Source: a virus. From it: 16,081 nucleotides of DNA. The position numbers and the translations under genes are program-made. Of this stretch, positions 7,233 through 14,194 are shown in pieces (position 1 is the first letter of the stretch; each line of letters starts with the position of its first letter). Where the stretch lies: the UHGV virus genome UHGV-1809260, one strand, 5' to 3'. The notes under the pieces are model-generated. The model was not told where the DNA came from, searched no databases, and worked only from the letters and a program-made list of their open reading frames with translations.

Positions 7233-7528
7233 ACAACCTCCTTCCGCAGCATGAGAATTGTGTAGCCACGCGCAGGTTGTAGTCTGGCTTTTGCATCAAT
7301 AGTAAGCGTTGCAATTTTTCGGATATGAAGATAACCAGCTCTTTCCAGTGCCAGGGTTTCCCTGAATATCGCTTGCTTAGAACAACAGCAGAAATCAGCA
7401 AGCACCTGATGATCAATAACTCTCTCGCCTTCACCGTCTGAAGAACCCGACATCAAAACGCGCAACATAATCAGGCGCTGAATCGGGTTATCGAAAGCAC
7501 ATCCGCACACAAACTGAAAACAGTTCAC
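7229..7528 (-). CDS. Small helix-turn-helix-like protein (99 aa)
   Basis: GTG start at 7528 preceded by GGGAGG with a 6-nt spacer. Segment VLADFCCCSKQAIFRETLALERAGYLHI looks like a helix-turn-helix. Stop overlaps the replication gene start. Confidence 0.6.
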   Translation of the reverse strand: MNCFQFVCGCAFDNPIQRLIMLRVLMSGSSDGEGERVIDHQVLADFCCCSKQAIFRETLALERAGYLHIRKIATLTIDAKARLQPARGYTILMLRKEVV

Positions 7529-7749
7529 GCCACACCTCCCAGACGCTTAAACATTTTTCCGGAGCAAAAGGCTATAAGCGGCATACTGACGCGGTAATTA
7601 CGGCCCAGCGGTTCACAAATCACCTTCTGACATTCACGGTCAACCAGGCTAACACGTAGAACATGCCCTGCAGGCGTGGTGTACCACTGACCCGGACGAG
7701 GACAACGGAAAGTCTGATTGGTAAAACGTTTGAAAATATTCCGGATCAT
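7525..7749 (-). CDS. Hypothetical small protein (74 aa, four Cys)
   Basis: ATG at 7749 preceded by GGGGG with a 5-nt spacer; GTGA/ATGA overlaps with both neighbours. No family recognised. Confidence 0.55.
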   Translation of the reverse strand: MIRNIFKRFTNQTFRCPRPGQWYTTPAGHVLRVSLVDRECQKVICEPLGRNYRVSMPLIAFCSGKMFKRLGGVA

Positions 7750-8897
7750 TTGCGCCCCCTTGCCTCTGAAGGGTTCAGCGACAAATTTATGAGGCAGGCC
7801 AGCGCCGAAGCATCATTAATATAGTCATATAAGCTAACAGCCAGCGGAGATTCGGCTTTTGCCAACATAGGATAAAGCTGCTGCAGCCAGACCTGATGAA
7901 TTGATGAAATGTAGGAACAGAGAACGCTGGCGTTATGTGCAACGTCGCTCGGTACAGCAGGCTTTGAAAGCTGTTTCTCCATCTGGTTAAAGGCATTGAT
8001 GTATGCCTCTTTGAACTTGGCAGCACGTTTACCCGTGAAACCCATAGCAAGAAACGCAAAACCGTCGCGGGTGATTTGGTAACAAGGGAGTTTGCGGCCT
8101 GATGCGTCGGTGTATTCACTTAACACAAAAATGTGTTCAGTAAATTCAGCGGAACATTCGAGGTTTCTAATTCTATCTAAAACCCGCTCATGCCGTTTAG
8201 TAAAGTAATTAGCTACTGCAAGAGATGTGGTGACAACGCGACCATTGATAATCGTGATTTCAGGGTGAGATTGGGTTGGGAGAGTAGTCATGGTGACAGC
8301 CCCTATGTTGAATTCAATGAACTCACCACCAAGGCTTTCCACGACCATATAGGTGGTGAGACGTACAGGGGTGGAAATACCGGTCAACATAGAACCCGGC
8401 CCAACCGAAGTTGGCCCTGCACGCCCCACCATAATTTGGGCGTAACGATGCTCATGACACGAAAAAACCGCATGAGCGCGGTTGTGCTCTATATTGAATT
8501 TCGGGTTTCCACGCCCGGCACCCGCTTTATAAGGTGCCGGAACAGTGTAACGTCCCGGAATTGCAGAATCAATATGCTGGTGTTCCTTCACACTCAACAA
8601 AATCACGCCTGAATTTCCACAAAGGACTAAAGCACTCATGCGGGTAGTCTTTGCGAAGATAGATAACGCGCTGTGTTTCTGGCTCCCAACGAATAACATG
8701 GACATAAAGCCCTCTTCCGTCACGAAACCAGCGGTTAAGTTCCTGCACAACTCGCCCCCCACAGTCAGGTAAAGTTCTCTGTGGTTACTTACAGCCAGGT
8801 GATTTGGTAATCTGCATTCATGCCGTAACAACAGGTGTTCAGCGACGCTGACCACCAGCTGTTGCGACAAACGGTTATTTGCCGTTAAACTGTTCAT
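7746..8897 (-). CDS. Rha-family phage regulatory protein with an unusual ~200-aa N-terminal extension
   Basis: Residues ~203-305 (MTTLPTQSHPEITIINGRVVTTSLAVANYFTKRHERVLDRIRNLECSAEF...) match the Phage_pRha pattern. The frame stays open upstream to the ATG at 8897, which overlaps the upstream stop (ATGA) and has a GGAGA site. An internal ATG at 8291 also has an AGGGG site. Confidence 0.65.
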   Translation of the reverse strand: MNSLTANNRLSQQLVVSVAEHLLLRHECRLPNHLAVSNHRELYLTVGGELCRNLTAGFVTEEGFMSMLFVGSQKHSALSIFAKTTRMSALVLCGNSGVILLSVKEHQHIDSAIPGRYTVPAPYKAGAGRGNPKFNIEHNRAHAVFSCHEHRYAQIMVGRAGPTSVGPGSMLTGISTPVRLTTYMVVESLGGEFIEFNIGAVTMTTLPTQSHPEITIINGRVVTTSLAVANYFTKRHERVLDRIRNLECSAEFTEHIFVLSEYTDASGRKLPCYQITRDGFAFLAMGFTGKRAAKFKEAYINAFNQMEKQLSKPAVPSDVAHNASVLCSYISSIHQVWLQQLYPMLAKAESPLAVSLYDYINDASALACLINLSLNPSEARGRK

Positions 8898-9478
8898 GCG
8901 TTAGTTTCTCCACAACCAGAAGCAATCGACGCCACGACGCCCGGAGCTGCACACTCGCGGGCGTTACTCTTTTCCGGCGCACAAAAAACACGAAATAACA
9001 GTGTTAAATGCTCCTGCCACTTCGCCATTACTTGGTAGCTGTTCTCTTCGATTTGCTCACGCTCAGCCTGGTCAATAACTCCATCAGCAGTTGCCTTGCG
9101 TAAGTACTGGGAATGCTTGCCAATCCATTCTATTGACTCCATCAGCCGCTGATTAATGTCACCATTGTCAATGTCATCAATGTCCACCAGCGGCACAAAC
9201 ACCCCATTACAACGACGCGCTATCGCATCCGTTACATGCCTGGTACCACTGGCATCCTGTAAAACCATGGCCCACTCAAGTGGAAAAATTTGATCCCCAC
9301 CGCTACGCAGTCTGTTATGCAATTGATCTTTCGCTGGGGTGATATCATCAGATTTATACAAACCAAGAATTTCCGCTGCTTCCTCATAGCCATGAGGTAA
9401 ATCAGCAATCGTTCTTCGTATTGCTGCCACCAGCCATGCTGGTTGCTTATCAACTTTCCATTCAGGTTCTTTACCCAC
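8894..9478 (-). CDS. CII-like regulatory protein (phage 186 CII / CP76-like), start uncertain
   Basis: Segment KDQLHNRLRSGGDQIFPLEWAMVLQDASG...CNGVFVPLV parallels 186 CII (LRNKLNPEQPHQFTPPELWLLTDL...CLPCVPV) from memory. Chosen start is the GTG at 9478 with GAGGAA Shine-Dalgarno; the frame is open to ATGs at 9556 and 9589, which lack a Shine-Dalgarno and overlap cro. Confidence 0.5.
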   Translation of the reverse strand: MGKEPEWKVDKQPAWLVAAIRRTIADLPHGYEEAAEILGLYKSDDITPAKDQLHNRLRSGGDQIFPLEWAMVLQDASGTRHVTDAIARRCNGVFVPLVDIDDIDNGDINQRLMESIEWIGKHSQYLRKATADGVIDQAEREQIEENSYQVMAKWQEHLTLLFRVFCAPEKSNARECAAPGVVASIASGCGETNA

Positions 9479-9530
9479 GGTTAATTCCTCGTTTCTGTGG
9501 TTACGTTTACGCAGTTGAACCGCTAACTTT

Positions 9531-9770
9531 TTAATAGCACTCAGGTAATCCATCATTTGGATTGGGGTAAATATCAGGACGCAGTTCATGAGGGGTCACG
9601 GACCAGTTTCCCAACTCACAAAGTTGTAAAACCCGTTCTGACGGGACTTGATTGTTAATTACCCAATTGGCGACGGATTGAGTGGACTTAAAACCAAAGC
9701 GACGGGCTACTTCAGATAAAGATTTTCCCGCAGCCTTTACTGCTTTCTCTGTGTAGTTTTGAGATGACAT
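9531..9770 (-). CDS. Cro-like (YdaS-like) HTH repressor
   Basis: 79 aa; AGGAG Shine-Dalgarno upstream of the ATG at 9770. HTH segment KSLSEVARRFGFKSTQSVANWV and a C-terminal HELRPDIYP motif. Divergent from the cI-like gene across an operator-containing intergenic region. Confidence 0.8.
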   Translation of the reverse strand: MSSQNYTEKAVKAAGKSLSEVARRFGFKSTQSVANWVINNQVPSERVLQLCELGNWSVTPHELRPDIYPNPNDGLPECY

Positions 9771-9840
9771 ACCTTTCTCCTCTGAAATTCAGAGGGATAA
9801 TGCTACTTAAAATAGCAAATTGCAACTACTTAAAATAGAA
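9771..9840. promoter_or_regulatory. Divergent PR/PRM-like promoter-operator region
   Basis: Two copies of CTACTTAAAATAG (9803-9815, 9826-9838) within 17-bp near-palindromes (TGCTACTTAAAATAGCA at 9801-9817). Separate palindrome CCTCTGAAATTCAGAGG at 9779-9795 overlapping the cro ribosome-binding site. Candidate PR on the minus strand: -35 TTGCAA (9820-9825), 17-bp spacer, -10 CATTAT (plus-strand coordinates 9797-9802). Confidence 0.5.
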
Positions 9841-10581
9841 ATGACTAGCGCGTGCGATGTGAGTAATCTTCTACCTATGGTAGAAGAACAGAAGTATCCA
9901 GATTTCGCCAAGAGACTAAACGAATTGATGACAATCAAAGGAATCTCTGTCACTCAACTCAAAAGTCTTGTGGGCGTTACATATGAAATGGCTCGTCGAT
10001 ACACAATCGGCGCAGCGAAGCCACGTGTCTCTGTCATGAGTAAACTTGCGTTGGCTCTTGGAGTATCAGCTTCATATCTAGAATATGGTGTTGGAGATAG
10101 AGAGGAATGTAAGGAAATGGCAAGCATCCCCAATCCAACAAAGCCCGATGTATACAGGATAGAAGTTTTGGATCTTAGCGTTAGCGCAGGACCTGGGACC
10201 TATATGCTTTCAGACTATGTTGATGTGCTCTACGCCATTGAGTTCACAACTGAACATGCCCGTTCTCTTTTCGGAAACCGTTCTCAGAATGATATAAAAG
10301 TTATGACGGTAAATGGAGATAGTATGTCCCCAACTCTTGTTTCCGGGGATCGATTGTTTGTCGACATTTCCGTTCGCCACTTCCAGACTGATGGAGTTTA
10401 CTCTTTCGTTTACGGTAAGACTTTCCATGTTAAACGTCTACAAATGCAAGGCAACAAACTAGCTGTTCTTTCGGATAACCCCGCCTATGAGAAATGGTAC
10501 ATTGATGAGAAGTCGCAAGATCAGCTTTATGTTATGGGTAAGGCACTGATTCATGAGTCGATTAAATATAATCGACTTTAA
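9841..10581 (+). CDS. cI-like prophage repressor (N-terminal HTH plus C-terminal S24 LexA-type autopeptidase)
   Basis: HTH segment ISVTQLKSLVGVTYEMARRYTIG; Ala-Gly cleavage site (SVSAGPG); catalytic Ser in VNGDSMSPT and Lys in FHVKRL. The track start at 9820 is TTG; I prefer the ATG at 9841, with 9877 as an alternative. Confidence 0.85.
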   Translation: MTSACDVSNLLPMVEEQKYPDFAKRLNELMTIKGISVTQLKSLVGVTYEMARRYTIGAAKPRVSVMSKLALALGVSASYLEYGVGDREECKEMASIPNPTKPDVYRIEVLDLSVSAGPGTYMLSDYVDVLYAIEFTTEHARSLFGNRSQNDIKVMTVNGDSMSPTLVSGDRLFVDISVRHFQTDGVYSFVYGKTFHVKRLQMQGNKLAVLSDNPAYEKWYIDEKSQDQLYVMGKALIHESIKYNRL

Positions 10582-10815
10582 TTAGGCATCTAGCAATCGT
10601 TAAAGCAAACGAGCACAGATGATAAAAGATAAGGATAGAAAATCTTTATACAAATTTTATTTGGCACATTGGTCCATAAAAATGGATTAACACTGAGCTG
10701 TTACCCTAAGTAAGAAAAGATAAAGACCATATGTTATCTTTGGGTGCGTTACTAACACAAAAAAAACCAAAATAAAACATAAATAATAGACAATTCTATA
10801 CAACAGGATACGATA

Positions 10816-11901
10816 ATGATTAATGAACGTACTGAAGCGACAGATGGGGTAGCAGATATGATTTCCACCAATACAAAATATTTAGTATGGAACAACAAAG
10901 GTGGTGTAGGAAAAACTTTTCTTACATATAATCTTGCCGTTGAGTTTGCTATATCTCATCCGGATCAAGATGTTGTGGTTATTGACTCATGCCCTCAATC
11001 AAACGTTTCAGAAATTATTCTTGGTGGCAATGGTACCGGGGAAGAAAATCTAAATAAATTGCGAGACAGAAATGTTACAATCGCAGGTTATATCAAGGAG
11101 CGTTTTAGCAAATCTCCTTTGTCTCGTTTAGGAAATGAATCTTCTTACTTTGTACGAGCCCATGATGTTAATGCAAAAATGCCAGAGAACTTATATATTC
11201 TTCCTGGTGATGTCGATCTTGATATCTGTTCACGCTTAATATCTCACATTGGCTCATCCCCAGTAAAAGAAGCATGGAAGAAAAGCCGATCTTTGCTGGT
11301 AGATCTAATAGCATCTTTTGAAGCCGATAAAAACATTTCTGACAGAGCAAAAACATTTTTTATTGATTGTAATCCAAGTTTTGCCAGCTACACAGAATTG
11401 GGAGTAGTCGCGGCAAATAGAATAATTATCCCTTGCACTGCCGATGCTGCATCAATTCGCGGAATAAAAAACCTTGTTAAACTTATTTATGGAGTGTCTA
11501 TTGACAAGTCAGAACAAGATGAAATGTTCTTAGATTTCAACAAAGAAGCAAAGCAAAACCTTATCGAACTACCTGAACTACACCTTTTCGTACAAAACCG
11601 CTCAAGAACTAATGAAAGTGATGCAGCAAAAGCATTCAAATCACATGCAGAAGAGATCAAAAGAATCACGGATGACCTGTTAAATACACATCCTCATCTG
11701 TTCACAAATGTGGCTACTTTCGAGAGAGTTCAAAATGTCAAAGATGGTAATACTCTTGCAGCAATAATAAACCATGAGGGATGCCCTTTAAGTAGGCTGC
11801 AGCATAAGAGTTACACTATCTATGGTATGGCGACCCAAGCTAATAGAGCACAAATTGAAGCACTAGAATCTGATGTTTCAACAGTAGTCAAGTGTCTGTA
11901 A
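10816..11901 (+). CDS. Orphan ParA/MinD/Soj-superfamily P-loop ATPase (361 aa) in an AT-rich island
   Basis: Deviant Walker A WNNKGGVGKT, Walker A'-like VVVIDSCPQSN and Walker B-like TFFIDCNPSF. About 130 extra C-terminal residues with no recognisable family. AGGA site upstream of the ATG. No ParB-like gene adjacent. Confidence 0.8.
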   Translation: MINERTEATDGVADMISTNTKYLVWNNKGGVGKTFLTYNLAVEFAISHPDQDVVVIDSCPQSNVSEIILGGNGTGEENLNKLRDRNVTIAGYIKERFSKSPLSRLGNESSYFVRAHDVNAKMPENLYILPGDVDLDICSRLISHIGSSPVKEAWKKSRSLLVDLIASFEADKNISDRAKTFFIDCNPSFASYTELGVVAANRIIIPCTADAASIRGIKNLVKLIYGVSIDKSEQDEMFLDFNKEAKQNLIELPELHLFVQNRSRTNESDAAKAFKSHAEEIKRITDDLLNTHPHLFTNVATFERVQNVKDGNTLAAIINHEGCPLSRLQHKSYTIYGMATQANRAQIEALESDVSTVVKCL

Positions 11902-11935
11902 TACAATAACCATGATTTAGAACGAACATAATTCT

Positions 11936-11962
11936 CGCCCGACCAACAGGTCGGGTTTTATA
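11936..11962 (+). terminator. Rho-independent terminator after the ParA-like gene
   Basis: Hairpin cccgacc-aaca-ggtcggg (11938-11955) followed by tttta. Confidence 0.6.
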
Positions 11963-12189
11963 CTCGTAGCCTGCTTAATAACACTGTTCCTGACCCGTTG
12001 TATCCATAGTTCCCACTATTTTCCCCAAAATTATTACTATCTAATTAACCTAATAATTAAACCAAAACAAAAGACACTCGATATTTTCTATACGTAACTA
12101 CACCACATCCCCCCATCTGTGAAAAACCTTTTAATTCATAACGTTATATAGAAAACTAAAAATTAAATACACACTTCTACTTTTTGTTG

Positions 12190-12218
12190 TTGATTTTTGC
12201 TACTTTTAGTAGCATCAT
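12190..12218 (+). promoter_or_regulatory. OL/PL-like operator-promoter
   Basis: Perfect 17-bp palindrome TGCTACTTTTAGTAGCA (12198-12214), closely related to the OR sites. Flanking TTGATT (12190-12195) and CATCAT (12213-12218) mirror the proposed PR -35/-10 with a near-identical 17-bp spacer. Confidence 0.4.
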
Positions 12219-12239
12219 TATCTGAACAAACAACAGACT

Positions 12240-12630
12240 GTTGTTAACGAAAGGTTGGTTGTAACACGGCGTATGGCACATGCGTCGTTAGCGGTCTGGG
12301 GACGTTAAAGGGGACAATCCACTCCTTGCTCGGGCAAACAAACCAGGTAGCCGGAATGTGCAAGTCAATGATGATGCTGATAAGACGCCTAACCAGCGTG
12401 GCGATTCGGTTTGACGCTTGGGAAGAGACCAGGGTGCAACGATGAGGGCATTTATGGAGCCGCGACAAAGTGTGGTGCCGTAACTGGCTAAGTGCTCTCA
12501 GCGTTGTGGTAATCCGCGAAATGGCGCGGCGGTAAGTATGGCGGGGTTACTCTTTCCCCGTTGAGGACACCGGATTGTCAGGTTGACCATACGCCTGAGT
12601 GACAACCCCACCACAACAGCCACTGCTTTG
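12240..12630 (+). other. Long GC-rich untranslated leader (possible structured RNA)
   Basis: No plus-strand ORF longer than 25 codons between OL/PL and the internal terminator; composition contrasts sharply with the AT-rich island upstream. The listed ORFs crossing it are minus-strand or frame read-through. Confidence 0.35.
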
Positions 12631-12678
12631 GCGGTACCAGTTTGTACACTTGCTTCCGGCTGGTACCGCTCTTTTTAC
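12631..12678 (+). terminator. Strong intrinsic terminator / attenuator inside the PL leader
   Basis: Perfect 10-bp stem gcggtaccag ... ctggtaccgc (12631-12640 / 12660-12669) with a 19-nt loop, followed by tctttttac. Confidence 0.55.
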
Positions 12679-12813
12679 AAAACAGAGAAGAGCATCACCG
12701 GACGACGGGCTCATAACCCAATCCATCCGGGCGGCTGCCACCGCAGGTGTTCTTCTCTGTTTTGTGGAGAAACCAACCGACCTTTCAGGGTCGATATGAT
12801 GAGGAGCAGCAAA

Positions 12814-13176
12814 ATGGCTAGCGAACGCAGTACTGATGTGCAGGCATTTATCGGGGAGCTGGACGGCGGCGTATTTGAAACCAAAATCGGCGCAGTTCTC
12901 AGTGAAGTCGCTTCCGGTGTGATGAACACGAAAACCAAAGGTAAGGTCTCACTCAACCTGGAAATCGAACCATTTGATGAGAACCGTGTGAAAATCAAAC
13001 ACAAACTCTCATATGTTCGCCCGACTAACCGCGGCAAAATTTCCGAAGAAGACACCACCGAAACGCCGATGTATGTCAATCGCGGTGGTCGCCTGACTAT
13101 TCTGCAGGAAGACCAGGGACAATTACTGACTCTTGCCGGTGAACCTGACGGAAAACTACGCGCAGCAGGTCATTAA
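12814..13176 (+). CDS. Hypothetical early protein (120 aa), YfdP-like
   Basis: ATG at 12814 preceded by AGGAG with a 7-nt spacer (MASERSTDVQAFIGELDGG...). The longer listed ORF from 12583 is a read-through extension across the terminator. Size and position resemble CPS-53-type yfdP (recollection). Confidence 0.65.
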   Translation: MASERSTDVQAFIGELDGGVFETKIGAVLSEVASGVMNTKTKGKVSLNLEIEPFDENRVKIKHKLSYVRPTNRGKISEEDTTETPMYVNRGGRLTILQEDQGQLLTLAGEPDGKLRAAGH

Positions 13177-13241
13177 TATCGTTCTTAATTAACTGATTAT
13201 TTATCTCATCACTGAATATCTTTATATAGTGAGGACTTATT

Positions 13242-14066
13242 ATGTCTCAGAACTTAGACGCAACCGCAATTAATCAAATCCATGCCCTTATTTCTGCTCA
13301 GGGTGTTAATGAAATTATCAGTAAGATTGGTGCCGATGCTGTGGCATTGCCTGAGAATTTCCGCATTCATGATCTGGAAAAATTTAATTTAAATCGCTTC
13401 CGTTTCCGTGGTGCGCTTTCCACTGCCAGCATCGATGACTTTACCCGTTATTCTAAAGATCTTGCAGATGAAGGCACCCGCTGCTTTATCGATGCTGATA
13501 ATATGCGTGCCGTCAGTGTACTTAACCTGGGTACTATTGATGAACCAGGTCACGCAGATAACACCGCCACTCTCAAACTGAAAAAGACAGCACCGTTCTC
13601 TGCCCTGCTGTCTGTTAACGACGAGCGTAACTCCCAGAAGTCACTGGCAGAATGGATTGAAGACTGGGCCGACTACCTTGTGGGCTTTGATGCTAATGGT
13701 GACGCTATTCAGGCAACAAAAGCGGCTGCGGCAGTCCGTAAAATCACGATTGAAGCAAACCAGACCGCTGATTTTGAAGATAATGACTTCAGCGGCAAAC
13801 GCTCCCTGATGGAATCTGTCGAAGCGAAGACCAAAGACATTATGCCAGTGGCATTTGAATTTAAATGCGTTCCGTTTGAAGGTCTGAAAGAACGTCCGTT
13901 TAAATTACGCCTCAGCATTATCACTGGCGATCGTCCTGTACTGGTTCTGCGCATTATTCAGCTGGAAGCGGTGCAGGAAGATATGGCTAACGAATTTCGT
14001 GATCTGCTTGTTGAGAAATTCAAAGACAGCAAAGTAGAAACCTTTATTGGTACTTTCACCGCCTGA
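13242..14066 (+). CDS. DUF2303-family prophage protein (274 aa), YfdQ-like
   Basis: GAGGA Shine-Dalgarno upstream of the ATG. Length and sequence character match my recollection of the YfdQ/DUF2303 family. Confidence 0.7.
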   Translation: MSQNLDATAINQIHALISAQGVNEIISKIGADAVALPENFRIHDLEKFNLNRFRFRGALSTASIDDFTRYSKDLADEGTRCFIDADNMRAVSVLNLGTIDEPGHADNTATLKLKKTAPFSALLSVNDERNSQKSLAEWIEDWADYLVGFDANGDAIQATKAAAAVRKITIEANQTADFEDNDFSGKRSLMESVEAKTKDIMPVAFEFKCVPFEGLKERPFKLRLSIITGDRPVLVLRIIQLEAVQEDMANEFRDLLVEKFKDSKVETFIGTFTA

Positions 14067-14194
14067 TTTCATTACTGCAAATGCCCCTGCGGGGGCATTT
14101 ATGGAAACGTAATTAACTCAATAATCGCCGGATGGTGCGGGATTCCTTTTACCCGAATTCAGCGCGGTGCAGCGCATATAAAGTGGAGAACGAA

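Noticed and set aside
3466-7434. Overlapping alternative-frame ORFs inside the minus-strand operon (3466-3696, 3918-4208, 4093-4281, 4227-4433, 4556-4864, 4812-5099, 4840-5352, 4961-5542, 5437-5637, 5715-5987, 5970-6230, 6469-6723, 6494-6697, 6733-6990, 6932-7195, 7183-7434)
   Set aside because: Each is embedded in or antisense to a gene with a recognisable domain and a coupled start; none has its own ribosome-binding site or recognisable family.
7787-8612. ORFs 7787-8119 (minus) and 8190-8612 (plus) within the Rha-domain gene
   Set aside because: Alternative frames of the Rha ORF; translations are low complexity (Arg/Cys/Ser-rich) and lack ribosome-binding sites.
9232-9453. 73-aa minus-strand ORF inside the CII-like gene
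   Set aside because: Out-of-frame overlap with a better-supported gene.
10210-10428. 72-aa minus-strand ORF inside the cI-like gene
   Set aside because: Antisense to the S24 peptidase domain, which has clear catalytic motifs.
10619-10690. 23-codon basic micro-ORF (MIKDKDRKSLYKFYLAHWSIKMD) just after cI
   Set aside because: No ribosome-binding site; AT-rich sequence readily yields Lys-rich frames by chance. Could be revisited if the island proves to be a two-component system.
11168-11669. Minus-strand ORFs 11168-11356 and 11487-11669 inside the ParA-like gene
   Set aside because: Antisense frames in AT-rich DNA overlapping a gene with clear Walker motifs.
12661-12680. boxA-like element (cgctcttttta) suggesting a nut site
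   Set aside because: It lies after the hairpin rather than before a boxB stem-loop and coincides with the terminator U-tract; kept only as a weak hint within the leader finding.
12244-13079. ORFs in the PL leader (12244-12468, 12547-12741, 12599-12799, 12711-13079) and the 5' extension of 12583-13176
   Set aside because: They cross the strong terminator at 12631-12678 or lie antisense; none has a ribosome-binding site, and the YfdP-like gene has a clear AGGAG-ATG start at 12814. An N-like gene was sought here and not found.
14081-14098. Hairpin atgcccc-tgcg-ggggcat after the DUF2303 gene as a terminator
   Set aside because: Stem is good but the downstream U-run is only two or three residues, so it is more likely an mRNA-stabilising or weak pause structure than an efficient terminator.
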